From: Octopus sinensis
Taxonomy: Eukaryota
Assembly: GCF_006345805.1 (NCBI RefSeq)
Contig: NC_042997.1
Location: forward strand, 71,486,001 to 71,550,000
DNA length: 64,000 nucleotides
Direction of reading: 5' to 3'
Part shown: piece after piece, positions 26,399 through 37,317 of the stretch
How positions within the stretch are numbered: the first letter of the stretch is position 1
How the letters are laid out: every line of letters begins with the position of its first letter
Notes under the pieces: model-generated
Database searches by the model: none
The model's input: the letters and a program-made list of their open reading frames with translations, nothing else
What the model was told of the DNA's origin: nothing
Translations under genes and position numbers: made by a program

Positions 26399-26671
26399 TG
26401 CGTGCTACCACAAGCACTAAGTGTTTTCAATTGAAAACTCCAACAGTTAAGTTATTCAACAGTTTACCAAGAAACAACAGTTGTTAACAATATTAACACC
26501 ACGAAACAGCAATTCTTACTTCACGAACACATGTGCGACAGACGAAATACGGCTACGCATTTCGCACCATGTTCTAACGTTTCTGCCAGCTCGCCGCCTT
26601 AATAATAATAATAATAATAATAATGATGATGATGATAATAATAATAATAATAATAATCCTTTCTACTATAG

Positions 26672-27321
26672 CAGTGGTTCCCAACATGTGGTACGCGAGC
26701 ACTTTCGGCGTAACATGCGATTTTTAGTTTGGGCTGTTTTCAATATGAATTTGCCCAAGAAATCGTCCGTCACTTCTCACTGCACAAGACTGAGTTGATA
26801 TCTTACTTCCCGGACGTGACATGTTGCGCCAAATCATTCTCTGTTGAACCAGCCGAACTGCCTGTCGGGGCCAGGGAACAAGATGGACTGACAACTATCC
26901 AGGCTCACGAAACAGCAAAGACGAAGCACAAAGAATGCTCTCCTATAAACTTCTGGCTAAGCATAGCTTTCTCGTATCCGACGCTAGCCCGTCAAGCTGT
27001 TCCCCAGCAACTGATTTTTCCCTCTACGTGGGAGTGTGAGCAGGGGTTCTCAGATTTACTGGCCATCAAGTCGGAGCCGTCTTGCTGCGCCCGGCCATGA
27101 TTTCCGATGCGCCGTAAGCAAGGTTATGCCTTGATTTGACCAGCTAGTGGAGAAGAAACAGATTCAGCTCTCGCATTAAACTGAGTTGTGTTCTTTATTG
27201 TTAGTTCATTTGTGTTTTCTACTTGTGATTAAATTGATATCTGATCGAACTGAGTTTTTCTAGAACCAGGTGTACGAAACCTCCACGAAGTACACGATCA
27301 CAAAAAGGTTGGGAACCATTG
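26672..27321 (+). mobile_element. Internally deleted hAT (Buster-type) element, 650 bp, 8-bp TSD
   Basis: TIR cagtggttcccaac / gttgggaaccattg; TSD tactatag on both sides; dimerisation-domain remnant FWLS...YPTLARQAV...FPSTWECEQGFS. Confidence 0.92.
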
Positions 27322-27762
27322 TACTATAGGCACAAAGCATGACATTTGGGTGGGGGAGATATTCGATTATATCGGCCCCAGTACTCAGCTGGTACTTAGT
27401 TTATCGAACCCGAAAGGATGAAAGACAAAGTCGACCTCGACAGAATTTGAACTCAGAACGTAGTGACGGACTAAATACCGCTATGCTTTTTTCCCGGCGT
27501 GCTATTATTATTATTATTTTATTTATTTTTTTATTATTATTATTATTGTTGTTGTTGTTGTTGTTGTTGTTTCAAATTTTGCCACAAGGACAGCAATTTT
27601 GGGAAAGGGGATGAGTCGATTACATCGATACTAGTGTTTAACTGGTACTTATTTTATCGACCCCGAAGGGATGAAAGGTAAAGTCGAACTCAGAAAGTAG
27701 CGACGGGCGAAATACCGCTAAGCATTTCGTCCAGCGCGCAAATGATTCTGCAGCTCGCCGCA
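27322..27762 (-). mobile_element. Two tandem SINE family A copies separated by (TTA/TTG)n
   Basis: Bodies atcgacccc(g)aaggatgaaag...gtcgacctcg...gaactcagaa at ~27400-27460 and ~27655-27760. Confidence 0.85.
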
Positions 27763-27805
27763 AATAATAATAATAATGATGATGATGATGATGATAATAA
27801 TAATA

Positions 27806-27859
<54 letters not shown>

Positions 27860-27903
27860 TGATGATAATAATAATAATGATGATGATAATAATAATAATA
27901 ATG

Positions 27904-27950
<47 letters not shown>
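27763..27950. repeat. (TAA)n/(TGA)n microsatellite
   Basis: Direct reading. Confidence 0.95.
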
Positions 27951-27953
<3 letters not shown>

Positions 27954-29668
27954 GGCCACTTTCCAGAAAGGGAAACTGAAGACCTCACATTCAGTGGTGT
28001 TGGATGTTGACACAGTCATAAAAGAACTCGAGCAGGAACAAACTTACAAGTACCTCGAAATAAATGAGTGTTATGGCATTCAACATGCAAGTATGTAAAA
28101 GAAGATTAGGTAGGAGTGTTACAGGAGAGTTCGAGCAGTCCTAAAATCCAAGTTAAATGCATGTAACAAGATGTTAGCTATAAATTCCTCAGCAGTTTCG
28201 GTTATTTAGTTTCAGTATGTTGAACTAGAATATGCGCGAAATAAGGAAAATTGGCAGGAAAATCCGTAAGCTGCTGATTTGCAATAAGATGCACCACCCA
28301 AAGGCAGACGCAGATCATCTTTACCTACCCGAACTCAAGGAGGTCGAGGCTTGATCCAATGTGAAATTTCCTACAAAACCACAATTTGACTAGCAAAATA
28401 TCTTGAAACATCTAACGACTGGATACTAAAGCTCGTTGAAAACCATGAAAGACATAAGAAGCTACATTCTGTTATGAAGGAGAGCAAAAAATTTTCAGGT
28501 GAGTTAATGCATAATACCCAGGCTGAACAGTAGAGGGAGGTGCAGCAAATGTAGTTGCAAAGAAGATGAAATCAATAGCAAATCAAAATGCGCTTGAACA
28601 GTTGGCTGATAGTTGGGAACAAAAATCTCTGCATGGCAAATATGTGGCCTGTAGCAAACAAGCTAATGTAGACCAGAAGCACACACATCAGTGGCTACGG
28701 AGCTCAATGCTAAAGGCTTTATCTTGGCTGCCCAAGATCAGAGCTTATTGACCCAGAACTATCAAGTCAATGTGATGAAAAATGCTGTATACCCAAAGTG
28801 CCGATACTGCAACGATAGGATAGAAACAGTCGATCACTTAATCTCTGGATGTAAGGTTTTAGCACCCGTAGAGTACAAATCAATACATGATAGAGTTGAC
28901 TAATATATACAATGGATAAGGCGGCGAGCTGGCAGAAACATTAACACGCCGGGCGAAATGCTTAGCGGTATTTCGTCTGCCGCTACGTTCTGAGTTCAAA
29001 TTCCGCCGAGGTCGACTTTGCCTTTCATCCTTTCAAGGTCGATTAAATAAGTACAAGTTACGCACTGGGGTCGATATAATCGACTCAATCCGTTTGTCTG
29101 TCCTTGTTTGTCCTGACTGTGTTTAGCTACTTGTGGGTGTTAAAAAAATTAGAGCAAATAAACCAGATATTGTTGTGAAAGACAAAAGCATACCCTGTGA
29201 CCATAACATCTCGGCAAAAGAATTTGATAAGTTCAAATCTACTAAAGATCTGCTAATCGAAATCGAAAAGATGTGGCATCTCAAGACGGTTACAATACCA
29301 GTGATTGCAGGAGCACTTGGAATTATCAAAAAAAGGAACTGAAAATTATTTAACAATCATCTCTGACTTACCATTCATGCAGGAAGTGCAAAAGTTTGTC
29401 TTAACTGGTACGTCACACGTACTGAGAAGAACATTGTCGCTGTGAATTTTCTTTTCTTTTTCCTCTTTATTTTATGTTTACTTTTCTATTTTTAATTTTT
29501 CTGTTTCTCTCTGTCTTCCCCTTTACTCTATCGCCTGACTCTATAAATGAACAATCTGGTGTGTTCGTTTTCATGGGTAATAATGTATACAGTTCGTTTC
29601 TCTGCCCTAGGTGTCAGGAAGACACTCGGCAAGAAATAGAAACAGAATCGAAAGAAGATGCTAAGGAA

Positions 29669-29670
<2 letters not shown>
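27951..29670 (+). mobile_element. 5'-truncated R4/Dong-like RLE retrotransposon embedded in (TAA)n
   Basis: TYKYLEI, MHHPKADADHLYLP, KSLHGKY, GFILAAQDQSLLT, KCRYCNDRIETVDHLISGC, ANKPDIVVKDK, IPVIAGALG. Flanked by (TAA)n on both sides. Confidence 0.85.
28919..29140 (+). mobile_element. Complete SINE family A with Tx1-type tail, inserted in the R4-like element
   Basis: ggcggcgagctggcagaaac...gagttcaaattcc...tgtgtttagctacttgtgggtgttaaaaaaa. Confidence 0.9.
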
Positions 29671-29719
<49 letters not shown>

Positions 29720-29799
29720 TGATGAATAATTGTGCCTAAATTTGAATCTTTTATTATTATTATCATTATTATTACTATTATTATTATTATTATTATTAT

Positions 29800-30350
29800 T
29801 GAGTGAGAGAGTAGTGCCTGCCATCAAAGTGGCACTGGAGTAAAATATACGAAACCCAGTATACCCATCATGACTAACCATCTGATAAGGGTACACCAGG
29901 CACATGCATCACAACCATATGTGAGCGACACGGTGATCTCATATCAAGATAAACAGCACATGACCTTTCAGGTGAAGCCTAGTTAGAATTTTCTTCAAGT
30001 CGAGCCCATCCACAAGTAGCTCAAAAGGTGCCGGAATAAGGGTTGTTTGAGGATGTTAAACGAAACACCCACATTTCCAAAGGTGAATTATCCAAACTCC
30101 AAAGATTTCCTCTCTACACATGGCTGTGATGTTCCCCTTCTGCTCGTGATCAAAGATGCACATATCGTCAGCTACTAAGGGACATGCTCAATTGGTTATG
30201 GTCAAACAACTGACAAGCAAATCTGTGGTATTGAGCAGAACATTTGCTGTAGCCCATCTTTTATACAAAGACAAAACGATGTACATGATAACACTGCCAA
30301 TCAGTTAAGATAAAAGCCATGAGAGCCACTGCCTAGTACTGCATTAAAGC
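29800..30350 (-). mobile_element. Non-coding interspersed repeat ending in (TAA)n on the minus strand, unclassified
   Basis: Complex ~550-bp segment abutting (TTA)n. It resembles a repeat I recall from Octopus DNA, but there is no second copy in the window. Confidence 0.4.
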
Positions 30351-30364
30351 ATTATTTTTTTCTT

Positions 30365-30505
30365 AAATTTTGGAGCAATTTTAGAGGAGGAGGGGAAAGT
30401 TGATTATATCGAACGGGTGAAATTTTAACTTAGAATGTAGAGACGAACGAAATGCCGCTAAGCATTTTGCTCGGCGTGCTAACGATTCTGTCAGCTCGCC
30501 GCCTT
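30365..30505 (-). mobile_element. SINE family A, internally deleted
   Basis: aaatgccgctaagcattttgctcggcgtgctaacgattctgtcagctcgccgcc. Confidence 0.8.
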
Positions 30506-30679
30506 ATATATAGTGGTAGTAATATTGTCAGTTGGAAATTCAATCACATTCATTTATTTGTTTCTGTTGGAGCAAAAACAATGAAGTTAAACTTGACCAT
30601 ATTTGAACGCAAAACCTAGAGAAAAATTTAAAACTAAATACTGCAGAGCATTTAATGACAGTCATTTCTCTGAGTAAAT

Positions 30680-30936
30680 CAGTGGTTTTCAACCATTCTT
30701 TGGCTGTGGACCCCTTTGATTCCTATTTAACTCCAATAGGAGCCTTATAACCATCAGAAGTTTTTAAAAAACCTATTATATTTCTATAACTAAAATATTA
30801 TTAGGAATTGCCTTTAAAAATTGTTTAAATGTTTTGTGTATTGTAGAAGCATAGCCAATTTAGTGCACATAATTTTTAACAACAAAATCTTATAAGGAAC
30901 CCCAAAGGTCATGTGGATCCCAGTTGAGAACCACTG
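30680..30936. mobile_element. hAT-type MITE (257 bp)
   Basis: TIR cagtggttttcaac / gttgagaaccactg; degenerate 8-bp TSD gagtaaat / gtctaaat. Confidence 0.8.
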
Positions 30937-31330
30937 GTCTAAATACTTTAAATATTATCTGATTTCCATGGCAACAATGTAATATGCGATTTATCTCTGT
31001 TATCCTGCACGATGTACTTATACTTCTTACAGAAGCAGTTTGCACGGACATGCTTCGCACGAGCATATTTCCACGGATTCTCAGCTCGGCATTATAATTT
31101 ACTTTTTACGATAAAAAAAATTCTTAACTTGCTCGTGTTCAGGATTTGTACGCGCTTTTATTTAAGACAAATGGAAACCAGGTTACTGGATGCTGTCAGT
31201 GTCAAGACGTTATTTTTTGTGAGAAAGAGTGTGAAAAATTGTAGAGAAAGACATAATAAGATCGAATCGCGCGAGGCGCTTGCCGCTACTTGTAGTTACT
31301 TTTTTTTAGAAAGAACGTTGACCCTCCGTC

Positions 31331-32836
31331 ATGGAGACATATGCGAGGGTTACCGCAACGAGAAATAGCGCGTCGCTTGTGAAAAGAAATGTAACGTTTA
31401 AGACGGAAGAAATGAAGAAATATGAAAAATACGTAAAAAGGGAGGGTGAAAGCGTCAAGCTGATCCCTCCAGCAGAAACAACGAAGGAGAGGAACAACAA
31501 AACGATTACATACAGGATACAGGATAGAAACTCGAGGAAATTAACACGAATATCGGTAGAAGATATAGAAAAGTGTCTTGGAGAGATAATGGATAAAGCG
31601 ACATACGTAAGTAGAGGGAAGAAGTATGGTACGGTAGAAGTGAGGTTTGCCACAAGTGAAGAGGCGGCCTCGCTATCTTCCGCTGTCCTAAGAGCGGAAG
31701 ATTTCACAATGCTACCAACATACAAAGGAAGACGAGGCAAAAGGATTAAGATCCCAAACATACCGCCGGAGATAAAAACGGAATGGCTGGTGACAGCCAT
31801 TCTAGGGTCGGCTGAAGACGAACCAGAACTGGGGTCTATTACAGAAACCAATATTGTGAACTGGAAGGAATTCAGTGTCGAGTTGCGGCTGATGGCCACA
31901 ATAGAAGATATTGAACGAGTTCCCTTTCAAATAGAAGAGGAAAACGGATCAACAATTAGCGTAATTGTAGAAAGAAGACCGAATTGTTACTTGTGTGGAG
32001 CGAGAGGCCATATAAAGGCGGAGTGCCCATTATATGAATTTACAGTGGAGAAAGAAATAGCAGAAAAGGAGCAAAATAAGACACAGAGTGGAGAGACAAC
32101 AGAAGAGGAACAGAGAGAGAGGGGGGAAAAAGAGCAGGAGAAAGGGAAAAACAGCGCACTAAAGGAGAAAGAAGACAAGGAAAAAGAAACAACAGAAAGG
32201 CGACAAGAGAAAGGAAAAGGCAGTACGCTGAAGGAAAAAGAAACAACAGAAAAGGAACAAAAGATACAAGGTAGAGAAACAATAGAAAAAGAACTAAAGA
32301 GAGAACAGAGACAAGAGAAAGGAAAAGGCAGTACACTGAAGGAAAAAGAAAACAAGGAAAAAGGAACAACAGAAAAAGAACAAAAGACACAAGGTAGAGA
32401 GACAACAGATAAAGAACTAAAAATACAAGAGAAAGAGAAAATCAGCACACTGAAAGAAAAAGAAAATAAGGAAGGCAAGAAGAGAGAAAGAGATAAACCA
32501 AGGGAGGAGAACAAAGAAGCAACCAGTCCTAAAAGGAAGACAAGAGAAATTACAGGATGGAACTGGCATTACAGATTCTATGGAGCATTTGTAATACACA
32601 GGACCTGCCCTGAAATGATCGAAATAATAAAGAGAACAAAAGGACATTCATGGGTTAGGATGGGAACCGAGTTTGAAAAAGATGAAACGGGTGCTCTAAT
32701 CCATGAGGACAGTGTCGATGGGTTTATCGAGGCCGCCGGAGAGAACGTGATAGACCACTGGATGTGCCGATTGGTAGAGCGTCCAGATCACGTGGATCAT
32801 TACGATCACCTGATGCACAAAATAGAACTTATCTAA
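31331..32836 (+). CDS. Intact 501-aa Tx1-family ORF1 in an ORF1-only (half-LINE) element
   Basis: RGKKYGTVEVRF, CYLCGARGHIKAEC knuckle, repeated E/K linker, C-terminal HRTCP domain. No ORF2; ~290 bp 3' UTR ending catctatgttcagtcctttatggacaataaagaaatt at ~33128. Confidence 0.9.
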   Translation: METYARVTATRNSASLVKRNVTFKTEEMKKYEKYVKREGESVKLIPPAETTKERNNKTITYRIQDRNSRKLTRISVEDIEKCLGEIMDKATYVSRGKKYGTVEVRFATSEEAASLSSAVLRAEDFTMLPTYKGRRGKRIKIPNIPPEIKTEWLVTAILGSAEDEPELGSITETNIVNWKEFSVELRLMATIEDIERVPFQIEEENGSTISVIVERRPNCYLCGARGHIKAECPLYEFTVEKEIAEKEQNKTQSGETTEEEQRERGEKEQEKGKNSALKEKEDKEKETTERRQEKGKGSTLKEKETTEKEQKIQGRETIEKELKREQRQEKGKGSTLKEKENKEKGTTEKEQKTQGRETTDKELKIQEKEKISTLKEKENKEGKKRERDKPREENKEATSPKRKTREITGWNWHYRFYGAFVIHRTCPEMIEIIKRTKGHSWVRMGTEFEKDETGALIHEDSVDGFIEAAGENVIDHWMCRLVERPDHVDHYDHLMHKIELI

Positions 32837-35800
32837 AAGTGTTAAAAAAGAAGGACTCTGTTAGCGAAATGTATTTCGAGATTCTGTGGAATTTTTGTAT
32901 TGTAAGATTTTGTGGATTCAGTAGTAATTTTTGGAAAAACCATTGGACGAAATGTAACCACCCGATTTCGGGAATCGAGTGGGCATTGCACCGCATTGTA
33001 ATATCTTTTCATGACTCATTATTTTTTAAAATTTTCTTCGTCTTATTTCATCCGCTTTTATTATTTTTAAGTTCCCCGATTCTATAGTCCCCATCTATGT
33101 TCAGTCCTTTATGGACAATAAAGAAATTCTAAGCCATTTAGGTCACTAATTTCACTTGAGTAAAACAGACATCACTCTTTCCTAATTAATACACTCTACC
33201 GTAAAACCGCAGGTTTTTAGCACGTAATCAAATAGAGAAAAAAGTTGTAGAGTGTGACTAATGTAAGAATTAACTACCTCAAGCAAATGCAGTGACCCAC
33301 GTCGAATATCCCCTTTATTCTTGCTCTTCGTGGTTAACAGGAATTGCTCCATAAGTGTTTTTGAGAGCGATTAATTGTCGGAAAAATTACAAACTAAATA
33401 CATAACTTTAATTTATTTCGTAATTCTACAGTCTGTGTTCAATTTCTACCAAAGCGGTATTTATCATTTGGAAGTATTTATCATTGAATAATACAAAGAA
33501 CAGATTCTTCTGTCCATAGACAAAGATAACTTTCTGCCTAAGCAATGTTCTATTGTTTTCAATACCGCAACCATAGATAAATTACTTTAATTAAAAAATA
33601 TATTTATCTCTTTCTTGAATTATTTTTTTATTCACTAAATATTTTATTGCAATACATACATACTTTTTTTTTTTTTGTAATATTGCTGAAGAAACGGAAA
33701 TTTGACACCTGTTTTTCTTTTCAAAATTCAGCGGTAAATTATCACGTGACTTAAATTGGGTTGTACTTTCATAAATACTACATTTGTCAGTAATGATTGT
33801 ATTTCTAGACTTCAATGTCACTGCTTTATATATATAACCGCAATTAATATCTAGAACCTTCAATAGTCGAAAGGAAATTGATTTTACTTCGATGGATATT
33901 GATGATATTGTATGCGAGTTTGAAATTGGTTTCGATCAAGTGGTAGGTGTTGTCTTTTGCTCTTAACTATGTAACGACCGTATAGAAAAAAAAATTGTGT
34001 CGAATGGGCTAGTAATTTCATTTCAGTTTCCACTTATTCACCTTTTATTCATTGTTTTATAGCCTTCCCTGAATACATCTCTTTTAGGTGTAATTTGCTA
34101 AATTTAAAACTTAAATACCATGTCCTGTATTATAGTTTTTAAAGTATGCTTCAGAAAATCAAAGGTTTATTAAACTACCCGTAAAATTCAAGTTTGCTTT
34201 CAACAATTCTCTTATATTTACTTTTATGAGTACATTATATATGCAAACCATTTTTTTTTCTTATGTCTTGCTATATTGCCATGTATTGAAAGACAGGAAT
34301 GGTTTTGGGTGTTCTTTTAATCTTATAAATTGTAGTACTTTTGGCATTTTGTATTAAAATGTATTAATGATATTTTGTAAGGTTATCTTCTCACGCTAAC
34401 AGCCAGTCTTCAACGAATGGAGCCTTAACTGCATAAGCGTATACCCCACATCTTTGTTTCCCTATGACTTCCTTTAAAATGCTATTGTTCCGTAAAATTT
34501 TCCGGAGATATATTCAAATTTATCTTCATAAAATTTAAAAACCTTAATCGTAGTGCATCCCATAGAAAACGTATCTATGGAAAATTTCTTTTAAAAAGTG
34601 TTTAAGAAATACATGAGGAAACAAGGTATGCAGGGCACACTTTTTAGTTACGCTGAATTTGAAATATACGTGTAGCAGTTTTACTTAAGTTTTTACAATA
34701 ATGATGTAGAGTTAAAGGTGGGCTCCAAGGAAGAAGGTAAAGCGAAGCATTTTCAATTCCCGATTAAATGTTTACCACTTAGCGGCATTTAGGGGGCAGG
34801 AGAATGGATGTCACACTTCTGAATTTCGAAACCTACCCAGTGTTCTATATCAAATCTGCTATCTTTGCTGTCACGTTTTCTTTTTTTTTTTTTTCCCCTT
34901 TTTGTTCCACTTGTTTTCAAATCGAGAGTACTGATAAAGTTTTCTATACTAATTCTGAAGATGAAATTCATTTTTACCATAAATGAATGAATAAAAAGTC
35001 AATGGCTTTCAAAGTTTGCAAATTTTGAGTAATTTTAGTCGAAAGCTACGGGCACATTGATGCCGGTTTCCATTGTAACAAGCAAGCTGTTACTATAAGC
35101 ACCTAAAGCGCTTAAAACTACCACCACGTGTATTTTTTTTGCCTGCGTATTTTCTTTGACGAGTGACTATTTTCTGAACTTCCGTTTTTGAATTGTCGTT
35201 ACAAAAAATGTACTTTGTTTACAAGAACTGAACTATTACTACACTATAATATAGTTTCTTTTTTCTGTAATTTTTCTTTTTTAAATAATTTACTTGCCTA
35301 TTCAATCGTTTGAACCCTTACCCTACACCCTAACTTTAACCTTAAACACTAACGTACATTTTTTTGTAATTTTTCGCAAAATTTCGTTTTTTCCTTTTGG
35401 AATTATTTACATATCTGTTCGATCTTTTCACATTATTTCAGTCCTTAAAACTTCAACTTTTGTCGTTGTAATGTTTTGCTTTTATTTTATTAAATAAAAA
35501 TTCATCGTTGTAATGTTTTTGATTTCATTCTGTAATAAATAGGCAGCTATCACGTAGAAAATACCAGATTCCAATTTTTTTTTTTTTTTTGCTGGAGTAA
35601 TGATCAAACTTTAAATCTCTAACGTTTTCCTAAAATTTTTCTGGAATAAGTGTATAACAATCAGATTCAATGTGAAAAATTATGCTAATATTTGAAATTT
35701 GAAAATTTTCACTTTATTTTAAAATTTCAAAACTTGTGATAGCTACAGATAATAAACCTGATTGAACAAACCTATGATCAAAAGCATTCCACCCATGCCC

Positions 35801-36690
35801 ACTCCAGTTGGTACTTAACACAAAAAGCGCGACGGGCCACAATCGCGGCCGTCAGGTACAGGTTAACAGGCTACGATCGAGGCCTAGATAGATGCATTTA
35901 CTTTATGGGCATTTGTTGGAGTCTAATGTCGTTCAAACGCTCCGATACTCCACCACCCACCCACCCCCAGAATGCAAGAGGGCTAATAGTTCAACTAATG
36001 ACTTCAGATGATGTAAAACTTGCCACCATTATATACAAAGAAGATATTTTAACTATCTTTTTGGTTTTTATGTGCATGGTGGTTTCATTTTCATAAAATG
36101 TGCTCAGACTACAATATCCAAAGTGCCTTGTCTTTCTGAAGACACGTAGAATTTGTACATGTGAACGCTATTTTGGCACAATATACTTTGATAAACGTCA
36201 AACTTTTAGGAGTGTTGTTACATCAATAATTCCGTTTCTATTATAGAGTGAAACACATTGTCTACTTTTTTCTTTTTTTCTCGGTGTTGGGGTTCTCCGC
36301 AGAAGTATTACCCATTTGTAATCATTAGCCGTCATAAGCGGTTTGTGTTCCTTATATTAAGCAACACTTTCTACTGGTACTTATTTACAGCCAGATTTGT
36401 ATCATTCAGTGTAATTTGCTGGGACGCACTACGAATTTTCACATGTCACAGAGGGCAAAAAGGAGGGGTCCTCAAACTTGATATCTGATAAAAAAAATTC
36501 GCAACAGAATGGACGGTGTAGTTTAGTTAAACTGGGTGATAAATCTACCATGCAAGTAGACTATGGCCGAATTTGAAATCAGCATAACAAATACCGCAAA
36601 GCAACCTGTCAAATGTTCTTACACTTCTCACCAATCCACCAACATGGTTTTTTATCAACTCCGACAGAATGAAAAGCAAGGTGAACTCCA

Positions 36691-37225
36691 TATTTCTTTA
36701 TTATGATTATACAATCGTTACATAGAAGGACAAATACAGGACATACATGCAAAAAACAGTTAGGAGGTTCGATTAAAAATTTTCCATAACATTTGGATTA
36801 TTCATTATAAAAATTCGTCTGTAAATTGTCCTTTACATGACCAATAGAATATCATAACATTACATAAACTTTCGATCTTACCGAAGTTTTAAACCCCGGC
36901 AATTTATAAGGCCCCGCAGCTTTTGTTTCCTCTCCTCCCTCCATAGTTAAGCTGGGTTTCTGACACCCACCTTTTTTTCCACTTCCTTCCATCTTTTCTC
37001 ATACACACCCCGTGGTAAGATCCTCTTTTCCGGCCCCATTTTGCTCTTCAGATGATATCTGAAGTAAGTGAGCAAGCCGGGGCCCGAGACAAAGGATCCT
37101 ATCGCGACTCCTTCCATTCTTGTTCGCCACATGCATTCTTTTACTACTGCAACCGTGCAGTGAAAACATGCCTCACCTTCCTTCGAGAGTCCAGTTGGCG
37201 GTATCATCTTAATCATAGACTCAGC
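36691..37225 (-). mobile_element. 5'-truncated Tx1-clade LINE (ORF2 C-terminus plus 3' UTR), 15-bp TSD, inside a decayed SINE A
   Basis: 36947..37243 is homologous to the 21468..21788 frame. TSD gcaaggtgaactcca at ~36676-36690 and ~37226-37240; tail gatt-gtat-aatc-ataataaagaaata. Confidence 0.85.
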
Positions 37226-37262
37226 AAGCAAGGTGAACTCCAAGAATTGAACTCAATGTGCT

Positions 37263-37317
<55 letters not shown>

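Larger units (their letters stand above)
21221..26538 (-). mobile_element. Full-length Tx1/L1-clade non-LTR retrotransposon (5318 bp), 13-bp TSD
   Basis: TSD cagacgaaatacg at 21208-21220 and 26539-26551; ORF1 plus ORF2; 3' tail ...gtttggcccccggtgggcaataaagaaatt. Confidence 0.95.

Noticed and set aside
22059-26420. Overlapping ORFs on the opposite strand or other frames of the Tx1 LINE (e.g. 23186..23716, 25761..26420)
   Set aside because: Shadow ORFs of the ORF1/ORF2 coding sequence.
31030-33145. TSD or host SINE around the ORF1-only element
   Set aside because: Weak SINE-like words flank it but in the wrong order, and no direct repeat was found, so it is not counted among the SINE-targeted insertions.
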